From Nitrospirales bacterium (lineage in GTDB: Bacteria > Nitrospirota > Nitrospiria > Nitrospirales > UBA8639): a stretch of 64,000 bases of DNA. Both the position numbers and the translations under genes were made by a program. The stretch covers positions 1,600,001-1,664,000 of the forward strand of contig CBDBCZ010000019.1 of the NCBI GenBank assembly GCA_965203295.1, in the 5' to 3' direction. The notes below the pieces were generated by a model. The model had not been told where the DNA came from, did no database searches, and worked only from the letters and a program-made list of their open reading frames with translations. Positions 33,501 through 42,056 of this stretch are shown in pieces (position 1 is the first letter of the stretch; every line of letters starts with the position of its first letter).

Positions 33501-33941
33501 GGTTGGGATAATAAATAAGCTGGAGAGGCCAGTGGGTTTTGTGTCGAGTTGCGTCCTGGAGGTTGGAAAAGACCAGTCACCTTGTCGGTTGCGAACGAGG
33601 GTGAGTTTGGGTTGTTCGAGTTGTATTTTTTGAGGAACTAATTGATGGAGAAACGCGGAGAGAAGACCAAAATCAACAATAACCCGAGAGGCGTGAAAGA
33701 ACGACGAACCCTCTTCTTCTATCCCCAGAGTCACATCACCTAATTCCATCCTCAGATGGGGGAAAAGAGCACCACTGACTTCTCCAATCCTGATTTTTTG
33801 TCCAAATCTTTGATCAATTTGCTCAAGGGCTAATCGGCGAAGAGACTCTGCTCCATAAAAAAAGTAAAATGCAATCAACACAGCAGCCGTGACAAGAACC
33901 ATTCCCAGAAATGCTGTAAAAACCTTCGATCTGCGCTTCAC
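30576..33941 (-). CDS. AsmA-like / YhdP-like intermembrane lipid-transfer protein
   Basis: 1121 aa with an N-terminal TM anchor, repeated beta-groove segments, and an AsmA_2-like C-terminus (FEVKGPMDEPEV). Confidence 0.85.
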   Translation of the reverse strand: MKRRSKVFTAFLGMVLVTAAVLIAFYFFYGAESLRRLALEQIDQRFGQKIRIGEVSGALFPHLRMELGDVTLGIEEEGSSFFHASRVIVDFGLLSAFLHQLVPQKIQLEQPKLTLVRNRQGDWSFPTSRTQLDTKPTGLSSLFIIPTIHINHGVLILVDDSHPQDLNIFRMHNIRVNATKLAGSNARNFVLSGNMSNRDQKTTFSVSGTIQQGPFPSQVAQIQSKVRAPVQVSGLINITSFDLAQMSQFFEIDSSALTMHGLTNIQGEFRFGPGNQGYEFDLNNFEMQSQVVAATGNVNVSGLMTTESPRISLAVATQPVELGSLKYLLPPHIFPTALQNAIARGKIGGTIQVVSATITGSLRSDVRFSTVGKFRLERGRLNLGDTWGVAQNVNGLISLQPDQIRFSDFQGLYNSIQVAPASGLIEFREAGPWLATELNGNVSVKTLFRILRKVFAHSKAAHFYRGLQGLNGGGALSIRFAGPLQQLDEFEFQDAVYQPRGTTIKFPGVATPLMDLTGTIRFSMMDVSFEPLDGMMGKSPFNLRGKLRFEETNRFEDLEIRGKFQTQDLIAEFPGYSHVARYLSGILDSWLALSGLLDKPKISGIINLENADISAAQFFHKVSGVPGTLSFDVRFQDGKQFVFDRMDFDVLPLHLSGRGSIWTDPSLRFLAYFGLDPLVLHRLPKGVVLGRGVIPHGTLSISLDLKGAGTDWTRWNKSGWVALTDGRLDNVGLDFPVTDIFLRMKLVNHVAEVKDFEFHVQENVARFAGSIRDWETRPIVNFDMHAPQFDLELLIPKGGRSPLRIFLEHVADRTEVESALMFDRAWYKHFQFQTLKGKLVIRENDVGINDVDGKIDEGKLNGSVLVHLPINKPAAVKASAHIEGIPLSDLEKTFLDEESRKKRFITGKLSVNGHVEGHGRDPKGMIPTLNGKLDMKIVEGNVQRGTIVPKILMIMNLPVVVEGKADFGKDGYAFDLQTATIDIQDGVMKSQDIVLEGPVLRMTAAGEYDMGNDQLNLITAVSPFGSYSDLLKKIPVFSLLLDGDNNAILTALFEVKGPMDEPEVTYLPVDSFKAGLTGLAMTAFTVLKNTLTLPAKILTPEEVGEESVKESDETSDDKSQQ

Positions 33942-34272
33942 TTATTGACTCCAAACTGGAAAGGACATACTAGTGGTTTCATCTTACAGAAATTTCACGG
34001 GCATATCTATTTTATAGGTTTTTTGAAATGTGCGCGCATTCATCAGCAAGAACAGTTGAGGATTGAACTGATTCTTAAACATCAATGTTGGTGGCAGGGC
34101 ATGTTTTTTTCACCAAAACCCTGAGAAGAAGTCGCACTCCTTATCTGCTTGACACCCAACAAGACTGATAGATACCTTACTTCTTTCATGGCTTTACATG
34201 ACACACTTTCTCTTGAAAAATTTTCCAGTTGCAACATCCCGTTTTCTCGATGATGAGTTGCACTGATCATTT

Positions 34273-35154
34273 ATGGCTATGAATACGACATATCGTTCCC
34301 CTCGTCTATCGATATCCCGTTCACTGACCGCATCCCTTCTTCGTCTCTATGACTACCCTGACCCACAAAAACCTGGACGTTTGATAAAGGGTTATGATAA
34401 GCAGCATGCTCTTCGGACTGCAAAAATGAGCGCTGCGGTTGCGCGACAATTGGGATTTCAACAGCCCGTCCTCACCCAATATGAAATATCCTGCCTTCTT
34501 CATGACCTGGGCCGGACTGGACTCGACCATACCTTGTTTGGTTGCATTTGGTCATGGGTACGGACCAATGGAGTTCCAACCAGACCTGCCGAATGGAGAA
34601 CCAAATATCCTCAGACACCCTATGGAAAAGAAACGGAGGCTTTCATTACACGATATCGGCACCAATTAGAACGTCATGGCATCACGATGGATTCTTGGGC
34701 TTGCGAGCAAATCGAGATGCGGTTAGGTTTCGGCAGACGATTAAAGCGGCACATTCGGATGGTACGCCCAACACTGAAACAGTTAGGAGTCAATTGGGCT
34801 CCTTGGATGGAAAAAATCATGCTGTATTACTATTATCCAGAAAAGCTCATCAGTGCTTCATCCTGGGTCCGTCAACTCGGTGAAGTTCTTGTGGCCTGCG
34901 AACAATTGGAAGCTTATAGTAATCGACAGCGTGGACGAGATTATTATACGAGGACAAAGGAAAGTTTTACCGATGCGTTTCGTTATTTGGATTCCTTGAA
35001 AAAGCGTGGCGTTCTTACCGAACCTGTTGTGAAAACCATTTATGGACTTGTAAAAGAAGGACGCTTCGATTCGCTCCTTCAATCAGCTTGTGGAAGACAT
35101 TTTTCATTGAAAGAGATCCGACTTCTTCGAACTCTTCCTCTGAGGGAAACGTAA
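34273..35154 (+). CDS. HD-domain protein of unknown function
   Basis: YDKQHALRT...LLHDLGR...ACEQLEAY; TAATG overlap with the next gene. Confidence 0.75.
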   Translation: MAMNTTYRSPRLSISRSLTASLLRLYDYPDPQKPGRLIKGYDKQHALRTAKMSAAVARQLGFQQPVLTQYEISCLLHDLGRTGLDHTLFGCIWSWVRTNGVPTRPAEWRTKYPQTPYGKETEAFITRYRHQLERHGITMDSWACEQIEMRLGFGRRLKRHIRMVRPTLKQLGVNWAPWMEKIMLYYYYPEKLISASSWVRQLGEVLVACEQLEAYSNRQRGRDYYTRTKESFTDAFRYLDSLKKRGVLTEPVVKTIYGLVKEGRFDSLLQSACGRHFSLKEIRLLRTLPLRET

Positions 35155-35458
35155 TGTCTGTCATTACCCGCTCTCTTGAAATTTCTATGTCCGGAAAAAC
35201 GGATATTGAAAATATTACGATGCCTGTTGAACAGGCCTTGGGCACCACTTATGGACTTGTAAAAGAAGGACGCTTCGATTCGCTCCTTCAATCAGCTTGT
35301 GGAAGACATTTTTCATTGAAAGAGATCCGACTTCTTCGAACTCTTCCTCTGAGGGAAACGTAATGTCTGTCATTACCCGCTCTCTTGAAATTTCTATGTC
35401 CGGAAAAACGGATATTGAAAATATTACGATGCCTGTTGAACAGGCCTTGGGCACCACT
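35040..35458 (+). repeat. exact tandem duplication, 209-bp period
   Basis: 35040-35248 is repeated at 35249-35457; ACCA(T/C)T microhomology at the junction. Confidence 0.95.
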
Positions 35459-35785
35459 GGGTTGCAGTCGGGAATTGTGACGATTTTTCTGAAGCACACC
35501 ACCGCTTCAGTGCTCATCATTGAAGATGAGCCAGGAATCAGAGAGGATACGCAGATGCTTTGGGATCGTTTAATTCCTGCTGATCCCTTACTCAAGCATA
35601 ATACCCTCAATAAAGGAGAAAATAACGCCCATAGTCACTTACGCGGTCAGGTGCAAGGGGTCTTCCTCACGATTCCTTTTTCGAACAGCCAATTGACCTT
35701 GGGAATCTGGCAACAGATTGTCATCGTTGATTTTGACACGCGAGGGAGAACACGCCAAGTCGTTCTTCAATTCATAGGGGAATGA
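35363..35785 (+). CDS. yjbQ: YjbQ/UPF0047 family protein (secondary thiamine-phosphate synthase)
   Basis: HTTAS, NAHSHLR, LGIWQQI...DFD; start at the second MSVITRS. Confidence 0.9.
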   Translation: MSVITRSLEISMSGKTDIENITMPVEQALGTTGLQSGIVTIFLKHTTASVLIIEDEPGIREDTQMLWDRLIPADPLLKHNTLNKGENNAHSHLRGQVQGVFLTIPFSNSQLTLGIWQQIVIVDFDTRGRTRQVVLQFIGE

Positions 35786-35880
35786 TCATCCACAAACAGC
35801 AGCCTCGCTTTTTTCATGATTCGCCCTTCCCAAGTTTCCATACGAGACTTTCAATGTTTCCGTAAAGAGGAACCAACGCC

Positions 35881-37013
35881 TTGTTGACTACTGACCTCGT
35901 GTTCATTCGACTCTTGAGCATATGGATTGTGAGATTTGTGTGCCTTGGTCTCCTGACTCTGGCCATCGGCGATAGAGTTAATCCCCTTGGGTTTCAAGAC
36001 ACTAAGCCAGTCAGGAATCTCCATGCTCTAACGCCAACACCAATCCGTTTTAGTCCTGAAGAGCAAGCAACAATCGATATCTTTGAAAAAATCTCTAAAT
36101 CAGTGGTGTTTATCACCAATACGAGTATTCGAAGAGATTTTTGGTCTTTCAACACCTTTGAGGTACCGCAGGGAGGAGGCTCTGGATTTGTTTTGAATCG
36201 TCAGGGGCACATTGTCACCTGTTTCCATGTGATCTACAGAGCTGACTCCATCAAGGTGATATTAAATGATCAGTCAGCCTACTCCGCCAAAGTCGTGGGA
36301 GTGGACCCAGACCACGATATTGCGGTTTTAAAGATTCAGGCTCCGGAAAAGAAATTAATTCCTATGGAGTTAGGCCGGTCACACAATCTTCGTGTTGGCC
36401 AAAAAGTTCTTGCTATCGGTAATCCATTTCGATTGGATTACACGTTGACCACAGGGATCATCAGTGCCCTGGGGAGATCGATCCAATCCATCAACGGACT
36501 ATTGAAGGAATCATCCAAACTGACGCGGCCATTAATCCTGGAAGTTCCGGTGGGCCATTGTTGGATAGCAGTGGACGACTTATTGGCATCAATACCCAAA
36601 TTGTCAGTCCGAGTGGTGCATTTGCTGGGATAGGATTCGCCGTTCCGGTGAACACGGTGAAACGTGTTGTTCCTCAACTCATCAAATTCGGCAAAATCAT
36701 TCGCCCAAGCATTGGGGTATCAATCCTTCACGACTCGATAGCCTCGCGATGGAGGATTCAGAGATTAATCATCGCTAAGGTTCAACCAGGAGGACCTGCA
36801 GACCGTGCTGGCTTGCAAAGTATTCAAGAAACTCGAATAGGGCGGTTAAAACTTAGTGATATCATCACAAAAGTTGATGGCAAATCTGTCAATCGGGTCG
36901 ATGATTTGGCTCGAATCTTAGATCGACACAGAGTGGGCGAAGAGATCACATTCGAAATTCGAAGGAATGGAGAACTCCAAAACATTTCGATGATTCTCGA
37001 AAGGTTAGATTAG
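35881..37013 (+). pseudogene. HtrA/DegP-like trypsin protease with PDZ domain, frameshifted
   Basis: Frame 1 gives [23 protein letters not shown] frameshift near 36495 precedes [26 protein letters not shown] and the PDZ domain in another frame. Confidence 0.88.
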
Positions 37014-37015
37014 CA

Positions 37016-37550
37016 GTGTGGGTAATAGACATCATTTCAATTTGTTGATGGCCTTATCGATTGTGTAATTCTGCACCCGCAGTAGCTCTTGGTAACGATG
37101 TCTGTTAACCCCACATCTTCAACAAAAGACTTGACCCCTCAATGACCCCTCAACCTAATGTTAAACAATAGGCTTGACCCATTACCTGTACCTGACCCCT
37201 TACCCGCCTATGATCAACCGAGCACAATAGGGAGCGCGGATGGGGATTCTAAATACGGATGCGGATGGGCAGACGCTGTGGGGTGAAACAAAACAAGAGG
37301 TCAGATGTGTGATTCATAGACATCGTTTCAACTATGATTGAGGCTCGTTTTTAGGGAAATGCAATGGAGGCAGGAGCGGGGACAGATTTATCGAGAAACT
37401 GATAAGAGAGGAAAATGCATCGATTTCAACGATCAATTGCCATTTGCGACAAAGTCCACTGGAGCTCAATTACCGACCGAGTCACTCCATAACCCCATTT
37501 CCCTGACAGACACCAGCAGAGAAAATTGAAACCATCTCTGTGAATCACAC
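37016..37550. mobile_element. non-autonomous composite IS-derived element (two MITE-like units) with 9-bp target-site duplication
   Basis: AGATTAGCA at 37007-37015 and 37551-37559. Four related 25-bp ends: 37016-37040 pairs with 37090-37114 (19/25 inverted) and 37307-37331 pairs with 37526-37550 (22/25 inverted). No transposase. Confidence 0.8.
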
Positions 37551-37595
37551 AGATTAGCAGTCCACATATCTCGTACAGAGAGACTCTTAATACGA

Positions 37596-40199
37596 TTATT
37601 CCTCATGTTTTCCTCTGTTGGGAATTATCACAATTTGTCTATCCTTCACATCAACCGTGGCAGTATCGCCATACCTAACCTCTCCTTTAACCAAGAGTTT
37701 TGACAAGGGAGTCTCTATATCGTGTTGGATAAGTCGCTTAAGAGGGCGAGCTCCATAGATATGATCGTATCCTCGCTCTGCCAAATTCTCGATAGCCTCC
37801 TTGGTGATGTCCAAGGAAATACGACGATCCTCGAGCCTGCTTTGCAACCTCGTCAATTGAATCGTCGCAATCTTCCCAAGTTCTTCTGGCGTTAATGGGT
37901 GGAACACGACCGTTTCATCCACGCGATTCAGAAACTCTGGTCGGAAATGATGTCCGACTTCAGCCAGAATAATGTCACGCAGCTCCTTAAAAGACCGCCC
38001 CTGCTGTTGGGCATTCAAAATCTCATGACTTCCGATATTGGAAGTCATGATCAAAACCGTATTTTTACAGTCGACTGTCCGTCCCTGAGAATCGGTCAAT
38101 CGCCCATCGTCTAAAACTTGAAGTAATACATTAAATACATCGTGATGCGCTTTTTCTATCTCATCTAAAAGAATAACTGAAAACGGGCGACGTCTTACGG
38201 CTTCGGTTAACTGGCCACCTTCTTCATACCCGACATAACCGGGCGGAGCTCCTATGAGCCGTGAGACTGTATGTTTTTCCATATATTCGGACATATCTAT
38301 AAACACTAAGTTATTTTCGTCGTTAAATAGAGTCCCAGCTAAGGCACGGGCTAATTCTGTCTTCCCTACTCCAGTGGGGCCCAAGAACAGAAACGATCCA
38401 ATCGGGCGGTTTGGATCTTTGATGCCAGAACGCGCCCGCAAGATTGCTTCAGCGACGGCTTGGACACCTTCCTCTTGCCCAACGACACGACGGTAAAGGA
38501 GGTCATCTAAATGCAATAGTTTTTCCATCTCGCTCTGAAGCAGACGATTCACAGGGATCCCCGTCCACCGGCTGACGACTTCGGCAATATCTTCTTCATC
38601 CACTTCTTCTTTCAAGAGGCGATTTTCCCTGTGTTCCCCACCAAGGTGCTGTTCCTCGGCTTGAAGCTCTCGTTCCAATCGAGGCAAAGTTCCGTACCGT
38701 AACTCAGCGACGCGATTGAGGTCATATTCCCGTTCCGATCGTTCAATCTGATGCTTAACCTCATCAATTTGTTGTCGAAATTGATGAAGCCGCCCCACTG
38801 ACGACTTTTCGGCTTCCCATTGTTCCTTCAAGGTATCCAGTTCTTTCTTCTTCGTGTTCAACTCCAATTCCAATGTCTCGAGACGAGCCTGGCTGGCAGG
38901 ATCGGTCTCTTTTTTCAGGGCCTCTCGTTCGATTTCTAATTGCAGAACCTTTCGTGAAATCTCATCGAGTTCTACCGGCATGCTATCAATCTCAGTCCGC
39001 AAACGGGCTGCGGCTTCATCGATTAAATCAATAGCTTTATCCGGGAGAAATCGATCAACAATATAACGGTTGGAAAGCTTGGCGGCAGCGACCAGAGCAG
39101 CATCCTTAATACGCACTCCATGGTGAACTTCATACCGTTCGTTGAGACCACGAAGAATTGAGATCGTATTTTCTACTGAAGGTTGTTCGACAAATACGGG
39201 TTGGAAGCGTCGTTCAAGAGCGGCATCTTTTTCGATATGCTTACGGAATTCATCGAGAGTCGTAGCCCCAATAAGGTGAAGTTCTCCCCGTGCGAGCATG
39301 GGTTTGAGCAAATTCGCTGCATCCATAGCCCCTTCAGCCGCTCCCGCTCCTACTACAGTATGCAATTCATCAATAAATAACAGGACCTGGCCTTGTGAGG
39401 ATTGGATCTCTTTTAGGACAGCCTTTAACCGTTCCTCAAACTCCCCACGAAATTTCGCACCTGCGACTAACGCTCCCATATCTAAAACGACGACTCTTTT
39501 TTGCTTTAATCCTTCAGGAACATCACCTTTGACAATCCGCTGGGCCAGTCCTTCGACAATGGCGGTCTTGCCCACTCCTGGCTCCCCGATTAACACCGGG
39601 TTGTTTTTCGTTCGCCGGGACAGGATTTGGATCACCCGTCTGATTTCTTCATCTCGTCCCACGACCGGGTCAAGTTTCCCTTGAGACGCCAATTTGGTGA
39701 GATCCCGCCCATATTTTTCCAAAGCCTGATAAGTACCTTCGGGATCTTGGCTCGTCACTCGCTGATTTCCCCGAACCTGATGAAGTCCCTCCAGTAACTT
39801 GTCTCTTGTCACACCCACCTGCTTGAGGACCCCGCCCTCTTCCGCCATGGCCAGAAGCACATGCTCGACACTCAGGTAGTCGTCATGTAACCCTTTCCTT
39901 TCAATTTCAGCCTGGGATAAGACCTTCCCCATTCGAGGGGCCAAATGAACTTGGCCTGGTCCCCCACCAACAGCCTGGACTTGGGGCAATTTTTTTAAGG
40001 CCTGTTCAACAGCTGTCTTCACTGCTGCCGTGGATTTGCCTGCCTGCTCAAGAATAGGACTTGCCGACCCATCGGTCTGTTCAAGCAGAGCCAACAAGAG
40101 GTGTTCCACATCGATCCCTTGATGATTGTGGTGCATAGCCACGGCAGATGCAGCCTGAAGGCCTTCCTGCATTTTTAACGTCATCTGATTCATATCCAC
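37596..40199 (-). CDS. clpB: ATP-dependent chaperone ClpB
   Basis: Two AAA+ modules ([16 protein letters not shown]), coiled-coil M domain, GARPLKR. Confidence 0.98.
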   Translation of the reverse strand: MDMNQMTLKMQEGLQAASAVAMHHNHQGIDVEHLLLALLEQTDGSASPILEQAGKSTAAVKTAVEQALKKLPQVQAVGGGPGQVHLAPRMGKVLSQAEIERKGLHDDYLSVEHVLLAMAEEGGVLKQVGVTRDKLLEGLHQVRGNQRVTSQDPEGTYQALEKYGRDLTKLASQGKLDPVVGRDEEIRRVIQILSRRTKNNPVLIGEPGVGKTAIVEGLAQRIVKGDVPEGLKQKRVVVLDMGALVAGAKFRGEFEERLKAVLKEIQSSQGQVLLFIDELHTVVGAGAAEGAMDAANLLKPMLARGELHLIGATTLDEFRKHIEKDAALERRFQPVFVEQPSVENTISILRGLNERYEVHHGVRIKDAALVAAAKLSNRYIVDRFLPDKAIDLIDEAAARLRTEIDSMPVELDEISRKVLQLEIEREALKKETDPASQARLETLELELNTKKKELDTLKEQWEAEKSSVGRLHQFRQQIDEVKHQIERSEREYDLNRVAELRYGTLPRLERELQAEEQHLGGEHRENRLLKEEVDEEDIAEVVSRWTGIPVNRLLQSEMEKLLHLDDLLYRRVVGQEEGVQAVAEAILRARSGIKDPNRPIGSFLFLGPTGVGKTELARALAGTLFNDENNLVFIDMSEYMEKHTVSRLIGAPPGYVGYEEGGQLTEAVRRRPFSVILLDEIEKAHHDVFNVLLQVLDDGRLTDSQGRTVDCKNTVLIMTSNIGSHEILNAQQQGRSFKELRDIILAEVGHHFRPEFLNRVDETVVFHPLTPEELGKIATIQLTRLQSRLEDRRISLDITKEAIENLAERGYDHIYGARPLKRLIQHDIETPLSKLLVKGEVRYGDTATVDVKDRQIVIIPNRGKHEE

Positions 40200-40335
40200 G
40201 GTCTTACTACCTTCCTTTCAGGGTCATGGAGATTATGATCGCCTCACCTTAGATGGAAGATAACCACATTAACCGGGAGTTCAAGCCTTTGAGAGAGCAG
40301 AAAGTGTTCCAACCGCTTTTTTGTCTTCTTGAAAG

Positions 40336-41961
40336 TTATTTGGGTGGGATATTCGGAACCATTTTTTCAAAAATCTTCCGGACATGTTGAGTATGTCGAA
40401 GGTGATCATCCAAGAGGGCCTCAGCGGACTTTTCATCTCCCTTTTTAGGGTAGCCAAGACGGACCGCGCATTTTTCTATCTCCTGACGATCACTGGGGAG
40501 AGAATGGGTCTGCATATCGTGAACAATTTGTAACTTATGTTCGACATCCCGTAAGAACAGATAGGCTTCACTAAGTTTGTCGGCATCCTGTGCACGCAAA
40601 TGACCACTTTCTGTGAACCGAGTGAGAGCTTTCAGCGTGCTTCGTTCGAAAAAGCGTGCATTATTTTTGGCATGGAGAAGCTGGAGCGTTTGAGCGACAA
40701 ATTCGATTTCTCGAACTCCACCTACGCCAAGTTTTACATTGCGAGTGAGCTCCCCCTGCTGAGCCATTTTTGATTGAATTTTTTCATTAATGCTTCTGAC
40801 TTCCCGGACAATATCGTCTGAAGAGCCATCAGTCATCACCCCCAACACAAAGGGACGAACCATTCGAAGAAATTGGCTTCCAACTTTCGAAGATCCTGCC
40901 AAGGGATTCGCCTTTAAAAGTGCCATTCGTTCCCAAACTCGTCCACGGGTTTTATAATAATGCTCATAATCAGAAAGAGAACGAGTAATAGCACCAACAT
41001 CTCCTTCTGGCCGAAGCCGCAGGTCAACCCGAAACAAGAAACCTTCTGGCGTCGCTTCCGTCAACACACGAGTCAATTCCCGAGCTAAACCACAAAAGTA
41101 CTCGACATTTGGTCGTACTGTTTGCCTTGCCTGAGAGTAAGTTTCTCCATCCTCTGAACCAAAGACATAGATCAAGTCGACATCTGAGCTGTAATTGAGC
41201 TCCCATCCCCCCAGCTTGCCCAACCCAATAACCGAAAATCCGGTCTCCACAGGTCGTCCTCGGCCATCCTTGTGCATAGGCATGCCATATTGAGCCTTCA
41301 GGTCTGAATCAACCAACTCATAAGCCACCTGGATCACTAAAGAAGCAAGGTCAGAAAGGGCGGCAACCGTCATCGGAACTGTGTTAAACCGAAGTAAATC
41401 CCGAATACCAATGCGAAGCATTTCCCGCCGCTTGAATCGACGCAAGGCTTCTAACTTTGATTCATACGTTTTCACGGTCTCAAGCGTCGCTCTAAGGTTT
41501 TTTTCCAAAACCCGTGGATTTCCTCCGCGAGTCAGGACTTGCTCCTCTGCCAACCAGTACACCAAGAATGGGTCTCGGATTAGTGTTTGGGCCATAGCCG
41601 GGCTATTTCCGAATATCATACAGAGTAAATGAACCATGGGGGGGGCTTGAGCAAGATAGTCAAAAAGCTGGGATCGATGGATTCCTGATTGGAGATATCG
41701 ATCCCATTCGTTCAGCGCTTGATCTGGATCGGCGGTTTCAGCGACCGCGCTCAAGAGAAGGGGAAGGATTTTGGCGAGCAACGGACGGGAATGCGGATCT
41801 CCGGCCATCGCTTGGAAATTGGAGTCGGCAAGTTGCGAGTTGACAAATCCGTAGGGTTTAAGAAGCCTGTCCACCTCACTTGCCGTGATTCCAGAAGCAA
41901 GAAGGACTTGTTCGACTCCTGAGCCTTGAGTAACGGATTGTGGTTGGCTCGGTTTCTTCAT
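40336..41961 (-). CDS. glnE: GlnE N-terminal-type (adenylyl-removing) half as a stand-alone protein
   Basis: GKLGGWELNYSSDVD, RVDLRLRPEG, GRVWERMALLKA, NVKLGVGGVREIEF; only one NT domain. Confidence 0.88.
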   Translation of the reverse strand: MKKPSQPQSVTQGSGVEQVLLASGITASEVDRLLKPYGFVNSQLADSNFQAMAGDPHSRPLLAKILPLLLSAVAETADPDQALNEWDRYLQSGIHRSQLFDYLAQAPPMVHLLCMIFGNSPAMAQTLIRDPFLVYWLAEEQVLTRGGNPRVLEKNLRATLETVKTYESKLEALRRFKRREMLRIGIRDLLRFNTVPMTVAALSDLASLVIQVAYELVDSDLKAQYGMPMHKDGRGRPVETGFSVIGLGKLGGWELNYSSDVDLIYVFGSEDGETYSQARQTVRPNVEYFCGLARELTRVLTEATPEGFLFRVDLRLRPEGDVGAITRSLSDYEHYYKTRGRVWERMALLKANPLAGSSKVGSQFLRMVRPFVLGVMTDGSSDDIVREVRSINEKIQSKMAQQGELTRNVKLGVGGVREIEFVAQTLQLLHAKNNARFFERSTLKALTRFTESGHLRAQDADKLSEAYLFLRDVEHKLQIVHDMQTHSLPSDRQEIEKCAVRLGYPKKGDEKSAEALLDDHLRHTQHVRKIFEKMVPNIPPK

Positions 41962-42056
41962 ACAAGTCACAAAATATTTATGGTACTAGGAAGGAAATTA
42001 TACGGGGCCTGAGGCCCCCTTACAACGACGTTTTATTTCGGTATACTGGGACGGCA

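Noticed and set aside
40200..40335. CIRCE or sigma-32 element upstream of clpB
   Set aside because: No TTAGCACTC-N9-GAGTGCTAA; CTTGAA is present but has no properly spaced CCCCAT.
41940..42056. Extension of the plus-strand glnE ORF
   Set aside because: Overlaps the divergent gene start; ATG 42057 is more plausible.
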